Below are positions 9,306 to 19,579 of a stretch of DNA of 64,000 nt, piece by piece. The notes beneath the pieces are model-generated. The model saw only the letters and a program-made list of their open reading frames with translations. It did no database searches and was not told where the DNA came from. The DNA lies in the NCBI GenBank assembly GCA_965249065.1, contig CBDFLG010000002.1:2169960-2233959 (forward strand), read 5' to 3'. A program made the position numbers and the translations under genes. The DNA is from Dehalococcoidia bacterium (GTDB lineage: Bacteria; Chloroflexota; Dehalococcoidia; Lucifugimonadales; UBA3495). Each line of letters begins with the position of its first letter. Position 1 is the first letter of the stretch.

Positions 9306-10322
9306 TCAGAACAGGTGGCAGGACACGGTGTGGCCGGGGGATACTTCCTTCACCTGCGGGTCTTCGACGCTGCAATGGTCCATGACGAAGGGGCAGCGGG
9401 TATGGAAGTGGCAGCCTGTCGGCGGGTTCAGGGGTGACGGCACTTCGCCGATCAGTATCATCTCTTCTTGCAGCGTGTCGGGATGAGAGGGTAGGGCTGC
9501 CGACATTAACGCTTTGGTGTAGGGGTGGGACGGGTTGTTGAACAGGTCTTTCACCGGCGACAACTCAACGATGCGCCCCAAGTACATCACCGCCACCCAG
9601 GTGCACATATAGCGCACCGTTGCCAAGTGGTGGGCGATGAGCATATAGCTGACATTGTATTCCGCTTGCAGGTCTTTCAGCAGGTTCATTATCTGGGCGC
9701 GGATGGACACGTCCAAGGCCGAAACCGGCTCGTCCAGCACGATTACCTTGGGGTTGAGCGACAGGGCGCGAGCGATGGCTAGGCGCTGGCGCTGTCCGCC
9801 GGAAAACTCGTGGGGGTACAGGTTGGCGTGGTAGGCGCTCAGGCCCACGTCGCCCAGCAGTTTCATCACCCGCTCCTGAATCTCGGAGCGGCTGATGTCC
9901 CAGTTGATGACCATTGGCTCGGCGATGAGGTCGCGCACCCGCATCCGCGGGTTGAGCGAACTCCACGGGTCTTGAAACACCGCCTGCACCGAGCGGCGGT
10001 ATTCCCGTCTCGCTTCCGGGCCGGCGCTGTGGATGTCCTGCCCATCGAAACGAATGGAGCCTTCGGTCGGCTCTTCCAGCATCAGCATCATCTTGGCGGT
10101 GGTGCTCTTGCCGCAGCCCGACTCGCCGACGATGCCCAGCGTTTCGCCGGGGTGAAGCTCGAAGGACACGCCGTCCACCGCCTTGATGTGGCCGGTGGTC
10201 TTGCTGATGAGCAGGCCCTTGGTGACCGGGAAGTGCTTTTTCAGCCCGACGGCTTCCAGCAGCGCGCCGCCTCTGCCGACGGAGGGGTTGGCCCCGATGG
10301 TGGTCTCGTTTACAGTCGTCAT
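9306..10322 (-). CDS. oppF: oligopeptide/dipeptide ABC transporter ATP-binding protein (OppF-like)
   Basis: GESGCGKST, FSGGQRQR, DEPVSALD, HPYT; start MTTVNE overlaps oppD stop. Confidence 0.9.
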   Translation of the reverse strand: MTTVNETTIGANPSVGRGGALLEAVGLKKHFPVTKGLLISKTTGHIKAVDGVSFELHPGETLGIVGESGCGKSTTAKMMLMLEEPTEGSIRFDGQDIHSAGPEARREYRRSVQAVFQDPWSSLNPRMRVRDLIAEPMVINWDISRSEIQERVMKLLGDVGLSAYHANLYPHEFSGGQRQRLAIARALSLNPKVIVLDEPVSALDVSIRAQIMNLLKDLQAEYNVSYMLIAHHLATVRYMCTWVAVMYLGRIVELSPVKDLFNNPSHPYTKALMSAALPSHPDTLQEEMILIGEVPSPLNPPTGCHFHTRCPFVMDHCSVEDPQVKEVSPGHTVSCHLF

Positions 10323-11308
10323 GCTAACCGCCAGCACGAAGCGTTGTGGCCTTCGCTCACCGTTACCCGAGTGGGATATTCCTCGCGGCACCGATCCATC
10401 ACGTACTGGCAGCGGTCGGCGAAGGGGCAGCCGGGGGGCAGGTCGTGCAGCGTGGGCGGCTGGCCTTCGATGGAATACAGCCGTTCCACGTCTTCCTCCA
10501 TACTGGGCACCGAGGCCAGCAGGGCCTCGGTGTAGGGGTGCGACGGGCGGTTGAAGATGTCGCGGACGCTGCCCTGCTCCACGATGCGCCCGGCGTACAT
10601 CACCGCAACGCGGTCGCACATCTTGGCGACGATGCCGAAGTCGTGGGTGATGAAAATCAGGCCAACGTTGGAGTCCTGCTGCAACTCTTTCAGCAGGGCC
10701 AGGTATTGGGCCTGAATGGTGACGTCCAGAGAGGTGGTCGGCTCGTCGGCGATAAGCACCTGCGGTTGGCAGGATATGCCGATGGCTCCCACCACCCGTT
10801 GCCTCATGCCGCCGCTCATCTGGTGCGGGTAGTCGCGCATCCGCGACTCGGCGGCAGGGATGTTCACCCTCCGCAGCACTGAGAGGGCCTGCTCCATGAC
10901 CGAGCGTCTCGGTATGTTCTGGTGGATCCTGATGGCTTCCGAAACCTGGTTGCCGATGGTAAACACTGGGTTGAGCGAGGTCATCGGGTCCTGGATGATG
11001 AGGGCGATTTTGCGGCCTCTGACCTTGTTCATCTCGCTGTCGGAGAGTTGCAACAAGTCTTCGCCGTCCAGCGTAATTGTGCCGGAGACGATGCGGCCCG
11101 GCGGCATGGGGATGAGCCGCATCAGCGAGAGCATGGTCACCGACTTGCCGGAACCGGACTCGCCGACGATGCCCAGCGTTTCCCCCCGGCGCAGGTGGAA
11201 GCTGATGCCGTCCACCGCCTTGACCGTGCCCCACCGGGTCTGGAAGTGAGTCCGCAGGTCGTCCACCTGCAGGACCACGTCTTGTTCAGTTGCTACTTCG
11301 GTAGTCAT
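10319..11308 (-). CDS. oppD: oligopeptide/dipeptide ABC transporter ATP-binding protein (OppD-like)
   Basis: [24 protein letters not shown]. Confidence 0.9.
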   Translation of the reverse strand: MTTEVATEQDVVLQVDDLRTHFQTRWGTVKAVDGISFHLRRGETLGIVGESGSGKSVTMLSLMRLIPMPPGRIVSGTITLDGEDLLQLSDSEMNKVRGRKIALIIQDPMTSLNPVFTIGNQVSEAIRIHQNIPRRSVMEQALSVLRRVNIPAAESRMRDYPHQMSGGMRQRVVGAIGISCQPQVLIADEPTTSLDVTIQAQYLALLKELQQDSNVGLIFITHDFGIVAKMCDRVAVMYAGRIVEQGSVRDIFNRPSHPYTEALLASVPSMEEDVERLYSIEGQPPTLHDLPPGCPFADRCQYVMDRCREEYPTRVTVSEGHNASCWRLA

Positions 11309-11342
11309 GACGTCTATTGAACCCCTGTTTCGTGCGGGTAGT

Positions 11343-12410
11343 CTACTCTATCTGGCGCAGCCGCGGGTCCAGTTTGTCGCGCAGCCAGTCGCCGAAGAGG
11401 TTGAGCGACATCACGGTGAGCACGATGGCGACGCCGGGGAAGGTGGAAATCCACCAGGAGCCGTTGGAGAAACCGCCGGCCAGATGGTCCCGCCCGTCGG
11501 CCACCATGACGCCCCAGGCGGGCGTGGGCGGCGGCACACCGGCGCCGAGGAAGCTGAGGGTAGACTCCAGCAGAATCACGATGCCCACCTGGAGGGTCGC
11601 CACTACGATCAGCGTGTTTATCGTCCCCGGAAAGATGTGGATGAGCAGAATCCGGGGGGTGGAAGCCCCGGCTACTTTGGCCAGCGCCACGAAATCCATA
11701 TTCTTCAGTTGCAGCACCTCGCCCCGCAACTGGCGGGCGAAACGCGGCCAGATGAATATGGTCAGCACCGCCACGATGATGCTCAGTGAGGCCCCGCCCA
11801 GGGTGGTCACCAAGACCAGAGCTATCAGGACGAGGGGGATGGCCAGCAGGATGTCCACGAAGCGCATTACCGCCTCATCCACTATCCCGCCGTACCAGCC
11901 GGCGACGAGTCCCAGCAGCACGCCGATGGAGCCGCCGACGCCCAGGGTCACACCCGCTGCTATCAGGGAGATGCGCGCCCCGTAGATGATGCGGGAAAGT
12001 ATGTCGCGCCCCAGCCCATCGGTGCCAAGCAGGAATTTGGAGCTGCCGCTGGCGCGAAGCACTTTTTCAACCGCAATGCTGTCGCCTATCTCAACGTTGG
12101 GGTTTACTTCTTGGGCGTCTGCCAAGGATATCTCGGCGTCGCGCCCGGGCAATACCCGCTGAACTACCACATAGGTAGCGGATTCGGTTTTGGCCTCATA
12201 CCAGAAGGGCGGCAGTTTCCGCTCAGTGAGCGACTGAAAGTTCGGGTCGTGGGGCGCTATCAACGGAGCGGCAATGCCAGAAAACAGCACCAGCGCAAGC
12301 AGAAACACGGGGATGATAGGCCAGCGCCGGAAGATGCGATAAGCCCCGGTCAGCCAGGCTCCTAGGCCTTTTGAAGGTTTGTCGAGAACCCCGGTTACTT
12401 CAGCCGCCAT
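11343..12410 (-). CDS. oppC: peptide ABC transporter permease (OppC-like)
   Basis: LGTDGLGRDILSRIIYGARISL, LSFLGAGVPPPTPAWG. Confidence 0.9.
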   Translation of the reverse strand: MAAEVTGVLDKPSKGLGAWLTGAYRIFRRWPIIPVFLLALVLFSGIAAPLIAPHDPNFQSLTERKLPPFWYEAKTESATYVVVQRVLPGRDAEISLADAQEVNPNVEIGDSIAVEKVLRASGSSKFLLGTDGLGRDILSRIIYGARISLIAAGVTLGVGGSIGVLLGLVAGWYGGIVDEAVMRFVDILLAIPLVLIALVLVTTLGGASLSIIVAVLTIFIWPRFARQLRGEVLQLKNMDFVALAKVAGASTPRILLIHIFPGTINTLIVVATLQVGIVILLESTLSFLGAGVPPPTPAWGVMVADGRDHLAGGFSNGSWWISTFPGVAIVLTVMSLNLFGDWLRDKLDPRLRQIE

Positions 12411-12430
12411 GATGCGCTTTCCTCACCTGC

Positions 12431-13348
12431 CTATGCGTACCGGATACGGGGGTCTATGTAGGCGTAAAGCACGTCCACCGAGAATGCGGCAAGAACGTAG
12501 AGCAGAGTGAAGACAATCACAACGCCCTGGAGCAGCGGGTAGTCGAAGGCAAACAGCGCGTCGATCGCCAGCTTGCCCAGTCCGGGCCAAGCGAACACTG
12601 TCTCCACCACCAGGGAGCCGGTTACCAGCGCTCCAAGGGTAACGCCGGCGAAGGTCAGCGGCGGTATCAGGGCGTTGCGAAAGGCGTGACGCACCACGAC
12701 GCCCCAGTATGGCACTCCCTTGGCCCGGGCCAACTTGATGTATTCCGAGTCCAGAACGTCCAGCATCGCTGAGCGCACCAGCCGCAGGTTGGCCGCGGCG
12801 TAATACCAGCCTAGGGTAATAGCCGGCAGAATAATGCTGTTCCAGTCGTCCCGTCCGTATGGCGGGAATAGTTCCCAAGACACGGCGAAGAAGATAATCA
12901 ACATGATGCCCAGCCAGAAAGGCGGCGCCGACTGGCCCAACATTGCGACCATCTTACCCACTTGGTCAATCAGGCTGCCTCGCTTAATGGAGGACAGTAT
13001 GCCCAGCGGAATGCCCACCAGCAGAGAGAGGACGAAGGCGGTCAGCCCCAAGAAGAGGGTGGCGGGCAACCGCTCCAGGATCACGTCCGTTACGGGACGC
13101 CCCTCCTTGACCGACTGGCCGAAGTCCCCCCTGACAGCGTTGCCCAGGAATATGACGTATTGCTGGTAGTAGGGCTCGTTCAGCCCCAGCACCTCGCCCA
13201 TCCGCTCCCAGTCTTCGTCGGTGGAATAGTCGTCGAGCATGATATGGCGCGGGTCGCCCGAAGCACGGCTCATTATGAAAATAATGAGCGAGACCGCGAG
13301 AATGGTGACGATGGACAGCGCCAGCCTACGGACCAGATATTTCTGCAT
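12431..13348 (-). CDS. oppB: peptide ABC transporter permease (OppB-like)
   Basis: GDFGQS, ARAKG, VETVFAWPGLG. Confidence 0.9.
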   Translation of the reverse strand: MQKYLVRRLALSIVTILAVSLIIFIMSRASGDPRHIMLDDYSTDEDWERMGEVLGLNEPYYQQYVIFLGNAVRGDFGQSVKEGRPVTDVILERLPATLFLGLTAFVLSLLVGIPLGILSSIKRGSLIDQVGKMVAMLGQSAPPFWLGIMLIIFFAVSWELFPPYGRDDWNSIILPAITLGWYYAAANLRLVRSAMLDVLDSEYIKLARAKGVPYWGVVVRHAFRNALIPPLTFAGVTLGALVTGSLVVETVFAWPGLGKLAIDALFAFDYPLLQGVVIVFTLLYVLAAFSVDVLYAYIDPRIRYA

Positions 13349-13569
13349 AGCGTACTAAACCGCAGCCGGGGACAGGTAAAGATCGAGTTTTCTGCGAGGA
13401 TAAATTTAGTGAAATTGTACTAGATATGTTGTGTTATGTCGCTATGGATTGCCTGCCTGCTGCCAAGCAGGCGCTCGCTGGACATTACCGGCCCGCCGGA
13501 TCGCGCTGAGACTTGAACTGCGCGACCCGCCGGGCCTGCCGTATTCATTGATGGGTCCGGTATGCCTAG

Positions 13570-15522
13570 TTACGGTGCTCGGTGCTTGATGTACTCGAAG
13601 CCGGAGGGCGACCGTACTTCGCTGAAGCCTAGGGGCGTCCATTCGGGGTCGAGGCGTTTGCCGACAGGCCAGATGCCGTCGTGAGCATAGATCCCGAAGG
13701 ACATGACGTTGTCATACATCCAGCCGTAGACCTTGCGCTCCTTCTCGGATACTAGGTTCGGGTTGGTTTCGCCCAGCAGATCGGTGATGTTTTCCTCCAT
13801 CCACGGGTGTTCCGTGCCGTAGCTGTAGGTGGAATTCTTCACGTAGTTGGAGGCGCCGATGGCCGGGGTGAGGCGCTGGCTGACGGTGTGGCAGGTCGCG
13901 CCCTGGTACTTGCGGGTAATCAGCTCCGGGCGGATGGTTGCGTACGGGACCCGCTGGAGGTTGACCTCGATGCCGACGGCCTCCCAATAGCCGGACACAG
14001 CTTCGCAGGCTTCCACCTCGGCGGGTGCGCCGCGAATGGCAGGGGTCAGGGTGATGGAGAAGCTGTTGCCGGGGCCATAGCCGGCCTCAGCCAGTAGCTG
14101 CTTCGCCATTTCCGGGTCGTATTCGTGAGTCCAGCGAGGGTCGGCCTTGGCCTCGTGGCCCATCCAGTCCCTCAGGTACAGGGGCTGACCGAAGCCGGAG
14201 AGCAGCGTGTCCACTATCTCCTGCCGGTTGACGGCGATGGCCATGGCCTTCTTGACCTTGACTGCATTCAGCCATTCTTCCGATGTGGGGTCTTCGTTGC
14301 ATGACACCCAAGCGTTGTTGCAGTCCAGGTGTTCGTAGGGGTTGCCATCCTTGTCCACTCCGTAGGTCTGGCCGTAGATGTTCAGCCCGGCCTGGCCGGC
14401 GTAGGGCCAAGCTACGATTTCCGTGCCTTCCACGGCCTTAACGGCGTCCAGGGAGTCGAAGGCCATTTCCATGATGTCCAGGGTGCCGGACTGGAAACCG
14501 GCGACGCGAGTGGCCTCTTCGGGAATGGACCACAAATTCAGGGTGGCGAAGTATGGGGTCTGACGCCAGTGGTCTTCCACAGCCGCAAAGCGCCAGACTC
14601 GCCCGCTGTCGTGGGACTCTATTTCCCAAGGCCCGGTGGCGGCGATGTCCTTGCTGGCCTCTTTGGCGCCTTCTGCGTATTCCGGCGTCGAAGTGTCGTC
14701 CATGCTGCCGCCGGCCGCCTCCACCTTCTCTTGGGTCTGCTTCATGCTGACGATGGTGGTGCTGGTGCCGCCCAGATGGCGCATGAACTCGAAGACCTGT
14801 TGTTGCAACCATGACCTGCCGGCGTCTATTTCGACGGTGTAGTTATCGATGATGGTCTGGGAGCCGCCTTTTTTACCCACCCAAAAATCGCCGATGATGC
14901 CGGCCCTAGCGAGGAGGGATCCCTCATAGTATTCTTTGTAGTTCCAGAGGATGTCCTCGACAGTCATGTTGCCGTAGCCCTTGTGGAACTCCACATCATC
15001 CCGAATCCTCCAGGTCCAGATTCGGGAGTCTTCCGAAATGTCCCACTCGGCGGCCAGCAGCGGCCCAGGCGAGAGGTCCTGCTGGATGGTAACCATGGAC
15101 TCGCCGAAAGTGACGGCGGAGTATTGGACGCGCGGACTGGAAATGAACCGGGGATGGCCCTCAAAGATGCCGGTCTCTTTCACGCCGTAGTTCAATTCGC
15201 CTTCCGGTTTGTGGGTTGTTTCCACAACTCTGGTTGGCGCGGGGCGCGGCGTGGAGGTCGGCGCAACCGTGGGCTGCGCGGGCCTATCTGTTGGCGCTGG
15301 CGCCCCCGGCTGGCTGGTGGGCGCTGGCGCCCCCGGCTGGCTGGTGGGCGTCGGCTCATCCGTCGCTACCTGAGGGGCTGTGGCCTGCGCCGCTGCCGGC
15401 GCCGTTGTCGCGGTTGGCGGCGCCTCTGTAGCCGACGAGCCGCAAGCCACTATCAGCGCTAGGGCCGAGAGCATCAGGATAGGAAACCAGAATCTGGAGA
15501 AAATCTTTCTTGGGCTAAACAC
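13570..15522 (-). CDS. oppA: peptide ABC transporter substrate-binding lipoprotein (OppA-like)
   Basis: Lipobox IVAC, Pro/Thr linker with duplicated PTSQPGAPA, family-5 SBP motifs (ATGPW, YDPEMAKQLLAEAGY). Confidence 0.88.
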   Translation of the reverse strand: MFSPRKIFSRFWFPILMLSALALIVACGSSATEAPPTATTAPAAAQATAPQVATDEPTPTSQPGAPAPTSQPGAPAPTDRPAQPTVAPTSTPRPAPTRVVETTHKPEGELNYGVKETGIFEGHPRFISSPRVQYSAVTFGESMVTIQQDLSPGPLLAAEWDISEDSRIWTWRIRDDVEFHKGYGNMTVEDILWNYKEYYEGSLLARAGIIGDFWVGKKGGSQTIIDNYTVEIDAGRSWLQQQVFEFMRHLGGTSTTIVSMKQTQEKVEAAGGSMDDTSTPEYAEGAKEASKDIAATGPWEIESHDSGRVWRFAAVEDHWRQTPYFATLNLWSIPEEATRVAGFQSGTLDIMEMAFDSLDAVKAVEGTEIVAWPYAGQAGLNIYGQTYGVDKDGNPYEHLDCNNAWVSCNEDPTSEEWLNAVKVKKAMAIAVNRQEIVDTLLSGFGQPLYLRDWMGHEAKADPRWTHEYDPEMAKQLLAEAGYGPGNSFSITLTPAIRGAPAEVEACEAVSGYWEAVGIEVNLQRVPYATIRPELITRKYQGATCHTVSQRLTPAIGASNYVKNSTYSYGTEHPWMEENITDLLGETNPNLVSEKERKVYGWMYDNVMSFGIYAHDGIWPVGKRLDPEWTPLGFSEVRSPSGFEYIKHRAP

Positions 15523-15899
15523 TACCGCTCCTTATTGGGCCGTGGGCTATTGAAACTTTGGCCTGGGATATATCCGCCTTTGGCCCGGAACAACCGGCCT
15601 TAAGCGTGAAGGGCCGCACGGATTATATGTATGCCACTACTTTTGTCAAGAACTTTCGCCGCCGGGCTATTCTAATTCAGGACAACGAAAATGCGCAATA
15701 TCGAACCGATTAGTAGCTACAATGCGTTCGCTGCGTGAGCGCTTCAATTCAACATTCGCTGGAAAACTCACCAAAATAGATGCCCAAATGCTACTGTCCG
15801 GGCGTCCCAGTGAGATGACGGGCGAAAGTAGCCGGCCAACCCGTCAACGGTGGGCTGATGCTGAGCAGAGAAGCCGCGGCTTGCGGGAATGCGCGGGCG

Positions 15900-16760
15900 T
15901 TACCGTTCTCCGCGCAGGAATCGTTCCACGTCGCGCACGAGGTCTTCCGGATCGAGACTGGCATTGGTGAGCGCGTTCTCGTCGTATTGCCCCTCCAGCT
16001 TGGTGACGTAGGAGCCGATTTGGTCGTCGGCCTGGACGGCGCGGGCTACCTCGTCGTCGAACTTGGCGGCGGCCGAACGCAATTCCTCCAACTCCAAGGG
16101 AAGCCGCAAGAGGCGGGTGAGGACCTGCAGCAGGGAATAGGCCACCCGGTAGTTGGGAGCCGCCTGCAGGTAGTGAGGAGTGTGTCCCCAGATGGACGAA
16201 TATCCCAAGCCCTGTTTGACGCAGGCGTCCATCACCGACGAGCTGATGCCGGTAGGCCCCTGGTAGTTGGAGGAACGAATTTCGCGCCCCTCGAGAAACT
16301 CCGACAGGTCGGGCCGGGTCGCCGTGCCGCTGAGCTTGACCGGGCGGGTGTGGGGAACGGCGTCCAACAACGCGCCGACGTGGATGACGGTCTCCACTCC
16401 CTGCTCGTGGGCCAGCCGGGCAACGCCTTGGGAGTAGGAGCGCCAGCGCAGGTTGGGCTCGATCCCGGTGAATACCATGATGCCGTCGCCGGTCTCGGTA
16501 TTGTCCAAGTGGAAGAACTCGTTGGCCGGCCAATAAATGTGGCGTTTTCCGTCGCGGGTGCGCGTCGTCGTGGGGCGGGTCTGGGAGAAGTCGTAGAATT
16601 CTTCCGGATCGAACTCGGCGAACTTGCGCGCCTTGAGCTTGCGCTTGAGGAATTTCACCGCGCTGGTCGCGCCCTCGGCGGCGTCGGCCCAGCCGCTAAA
16701 CGCGATCAGCAGCGTACTCAGCTTCCGGTCCGGTAGATGGTCAACGGAAAGAAAGTCCAT
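15900..16760 (-). CDS. PAC2 family (proteasome assembly chaperone-like) protein
   Basis: AFSGWADA, FYDFSQTRP, EPNLRW, GALLDAVPHTRP, PHY. Confidence 0.88.
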   Translation of the reverse strand: MDFLSVDHLPDRKLSTLLIAFSGWADAAEGATSAVKFLKRKLKARKFAEFDPEEFYDFSQTRPTTTRTRDGKRHIYWPANEFFHLDNTETGDGIMVFTGIEPNLRWRSYSQGVARLAHEQGVETVIHVGALLDAVPHTRPVKLSGTATRPDLSEFLEGREIRSSNYQGPTGISSSVMDACVKQGLGYSSIWGHTPHYLQAAPNYRVAYSLLQVLTRLLRLPLELEELRSAAAKFDDEVARAVQADDQIGSYVTKLEGQYDENALTNASLDPEDLVRDVERFLRGER

Positions 16761-16837
16761 CGTGCTCCCGCGCTGGTTAGACTGCCTGAATTAGTCTATC
16801 ACAGGCGGCCAAAGGTTTGTTTTGATGCGAGTCGCCG

Positions 16838-17101
16838 TCACCGCTGCCAGATGCGGACGATTGTCAGGCTGCCGTCAGTTTCTTCGGTGTAATAGAGCCA
16901 GAAATCATCGTCTTGATAGGCCCAAATCCTGAGACCATCCGCGTTCGCCATCCCGATATCAAGGCGTCTGGGCAGCCTGCCCAAAGGAGAAGCAGCCAAC
17001 ACAACAATCAACCCGCGCGCTTCCCGTTCGACATCCGGGGGCATTGCGTCCAGGTTCTCCCATGCTTCTCTGAGTAGGGATGCTCTATTTTCTGGCATCA
17101 T
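16838..17101 (-). CDS. putative RelE/ParE-like toxin
   Basis: 87 aa; C-terminal FWLYY...LTIVRIW pattern; overlaps the upstream small acidic gene. Confidence 0.5.
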   Translation of the reverse strand: MMPENRASLLREAWENLDAMPPDVEREARGLIVVLAASPLGRLPRRLDIGMANADGLRIWAYQDDDFWLYYTEETDGSLTIVRIWQR

Positions 17102-17300
17102 TTTTGGTAAGGCCACGCTCTGTCATATACTGTTCCAGCGAGATTACCCGGCCGTTTGCAGCGTCGTCTATGCCCCGGCGTATTCCCGCCAGAATTTCCT
17201 CCACCACCTCTGGGCTGTATTCCTCTCTGAGCCGCCGGATTCCTTCTGGTTCCTGGTCTGCGGTCTGCTCAGTTTTCGTAGCGTCATTGGGAAGGGTCAT
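17085..17300 (-). CDS. putative type II antitoxin
   Basis: 71 aa acidic; GIRRGIDDAANGRVIS typical of RelE/ParE partners. Confidence 0.55.
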   Translation of the reverse strand: MTLPNDATKTEQTADQEPEGIRRLREEYSPEVVEEILAGIRRGIDDAANGRVISLEQYMTERGLTKNDARK

Positions 17301-17363
17301 TCAATTCACCTCGCCGGACAAATCTGGTGCCTTTGAGTCTAGCACACGCTTATGCCTCCGGCG

Positions 17364-18497
17364 TCACTCTGCGGCGAAGCGGCCTAGGCGGAACAGCGCC
17401 AGGTCGTGGGCGGTTTCACCGAACATCGCTAGGTCGGCCATAATTTCGCCGATGACGCTGGCGAACTTGAAGCCGTGGCCGGAGAACCCGGAGGCCAGCG
17501 ACACCTGCGGATAGTCGGGGTGAAGGTCGATGATGAAATGCCCGTCGGGGGAGTTGGTGAACATACAGGTCTTGAGCGAGAGGGCGGGGCCGGCCGCCGC
17601 CGGAAAGTAACGCTCGATGAAGTTTCGCAGCACCGCTTCGTCTTCCGGGTAAACGTCGCGGTCCAGCAGGTCGGGGTCTACGGTCTGGTGCAGGTGGTGG
17701 GAGCGGCCCACCTTGAAGCCCGGCACACCATAGGCTGGGAATCCGTAGAAACGCCCTTCCTCAACGTAGAGTCCGAAAACGGGGAAGGTGTCGGTGCGGA
17801 AAAGCTCTGGCCTTTCCGGCTGGAACCAGCCCAGCACCTGCCGCTCGGCCACGGCGTACCGGGCCAGCGCCGGCGCGATCTTGGCGGCCCAGGGCCCTGC
17901 CGACACCACCAGCCGGGCCGCCCGGTAGCTGCCTCTGCTGGTGCGCACGACGACACCCTCGCCCGACGGCTCCCAGTCCAGAACACGCTCGCGCCCATGC
18001 ACTTCGGCGCCGGCCTCCAGCGCGGCGTTGACGTGGTTGACGATGCAACGCTCCGGCAGCAGAAAGCCCCCGTCCGCCTGGTAAACGGCGGCGATGTCGT
18101 GGTCAAAGTGGTAGCCAGGGAAGCGGCGGCTGGTCTCCGGCCCGGTCAGCACTTCATAAGGGATGTGATGCTCTTGGCAAGCCGCCACCGCGCCCTGAAA
18201 GTATTCGCTCTCGGCGTGGCCGGCGCGAATGGAGCCGGTGGTCACCAGGAGCCTCTCCCGCGAGGCGTTCTCCAACTGGTGCCATAACTCGTAGGCGCGG
18301 CGCACCAGCGGCACATACGAGGGATGCTCCTGAAGCGTGTAGCGAATCATGCGGGAATAACCGTGGGACGAGCCCATCTCGTGGGGCACGTCGAACTGCT
18401 CCAGCCCCAGAGCGCGCCAGCCGCGCCGCGCCAAGTGGTACAGCGCGGCACTGCCCATGCCGCCCACGCCGATGACTATGGCATCGTATTCGTTCAT
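17364..18497 (-). CDS. solA: N-methyl-L-tryptophan oxidase / monomeric sarcosine oxidase
   Basis: GVGGMG, GSSHGYSR, CMFTNSPD, FSGHGFKF. Confidence 0.9.
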   Translation of the reverse strand: MNEYDAIVIGVGGMGSAALYHLARRGWRALGLEQFDVPHEMGSSHGYSRMIRYTLQEHPSYVPLVRRAYELWHQLENASRERLLVTTGSIRAGHAESEYFQGAVAACQEHHIPYEVLTGPETSRRFPGYHFDHDIAAVYQADGGFLLPERCIVNHVNAALEAGAEVHGRERVLDWEPSGEGVVVRTSRGSYRAARLVVSAGPWAAKIAPALARYAVAERQVLGWFQPERPELFRTDTFPVFGLYVEEGRFYGFPAYGVPGFKVGRSHHLHQTVDPDLLDRDVYPEDEAVLRNFIERYFPAAAGPALSLKTCMFTNSPDGHFIIDLHPDYPQVSLASGFSGHGFKFASVIGEIMADLAMFGETAHDLALFRLGRFAAE

Positions 18498-18520
18498 AAC
18501 TCCCGTTCCGCCGTAAAAAT

Positions 18521-18556
18521 TTCCCTCTCCCTTGAGGGAGAGGGACAGGGCGAGCG
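18521..18556. repeat. REP-like hairpin repeat
   Basis: TTCCCTCTCCCTTGAGGGAGAGGG. Confidence 0.7.
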
Positions 18557-18592
18557 TAGTGTGTCTGTAAGGCGTCGCCTTATCTCAATGTC

Positions 18593-19498
18593 CTATCCTC
18601 GGGGGATGCCCGTGCCGGGGGTGGTCATCCGCAGGGAGTAGACCGAAGTGCGGGCGGTGAATAGCATGGTGCGGTTGCCGTCGCCGCCCCAGGCGCAGTT
18701 TGCCGGAATTTCCGGCAGGCGGATGATGCCCAGGCTGCTGCCGTCGGCACCGAAGACCCAGCATCCTTCTGGGCCTGTGCAGTAGACGCGGCCCTCGGCG
18801 TCAACTTTCATTCCGTCGGGAACGCCGTCCTCCACGGAGTGCATATTGGCGAAGATGCGGTTGTTGCTCAAGGAGCCGTCGGCGGCTACGTCGAAGGCGC
18901 GAATGAACTGATGCTCACAGACCTCGCCGCGTTCCTTCTCGGCGATGCAGCCGTCGTCCTGGCGGGTGATGGCGACGTACAGCACGCTTTCGTCGGGCGA
19001 GAAGGCGATGCCGTTGGGGTACTCGGTGTCGCGGGTGGCGATGGCGTGCGTTCCGTCGGGGGCGACGCGGTGCACGCCGCTGAATTCCAGTTCCCGCTCC
19101 TCGGCGGTGAGGCGACCGCTGGGGTCGGTGAAATACAGCGACCCGTCGGAGCGGGCCGCGACGTCGTTGGGCCGGTTGATGCGATGCCCGTCAACGTGGG
19201 TGGCGATGGCGGTATAGGAGCCGTCGGCATTGCGCCGGGAAAGCTGCCGGTTGTCGCCCTCGCACAGAATCAGGTTGCCCGCGAGGTCGAAGGTCAAACC
19301 GTTGGAGCCGCCGCTGTTGTCGCGGAAGACCTCGGTCTGTCCGTCCGGCGTCATCCGGTGCACCAGCGAGGCGCGAATGTCCACGAACAGCCAGTATCCG
19401 TCGGGGTGCCACAGCGGCCCCTCGGTGAACCCGAAGCCGGTGGCAAGCTGCTGCGCTTCCGCGCCCGATTCTACGATCCCGGGTAGCAAGTCCGCCAT
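18593..19498 (-). CDS. SMP-30/gluconolactonase/LRE family protein
   Basis: FTEGPLW, NRPND, PNGIAFSPDE, PDGMKVD. Confidence 0.92.
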   Translation of the reverse strand: MADLLPGIVESGAEAQQLATGFGFTEGPLWHPDGYWLFVDIRASLVHRMTPDGQTEVFRDNSGGSNGLTFDLAGNLILCEGDNRQLSRRNADGSYTAIATHVDGHRINRPNDVAARSDGSLYFTDPSGRLTAEERELEFSGVHRVAPDGTHAIATRDTEYPNGIAFSPDESVLYVAITRQDDGCIAEKERGEVCEHQFIRAFDVAADGSLSNNRIFANMHSVEDGVPDGMKVDAEGRVYCTGPEGCWVFGADGSSLGIIRLPEIPANCAWGGDGNRTMLFTARTSVYSLRMTTPGTGIPRG

Positions 19499-19579
19499 GA
19501 CAACCTCCGGTTCATTTGAGTGTGGAGTGCGCCCTCTCCTGCGAGGGTTGCGAGGGTGAGGCAATTGAGCGAAAGCGTC

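Noticed and set aside
9306-11234. 642-aa ORF as a fused ABC ATPase
   Set aside because: The N-terminal half is an alternate frame of oppD; the real start is 10322
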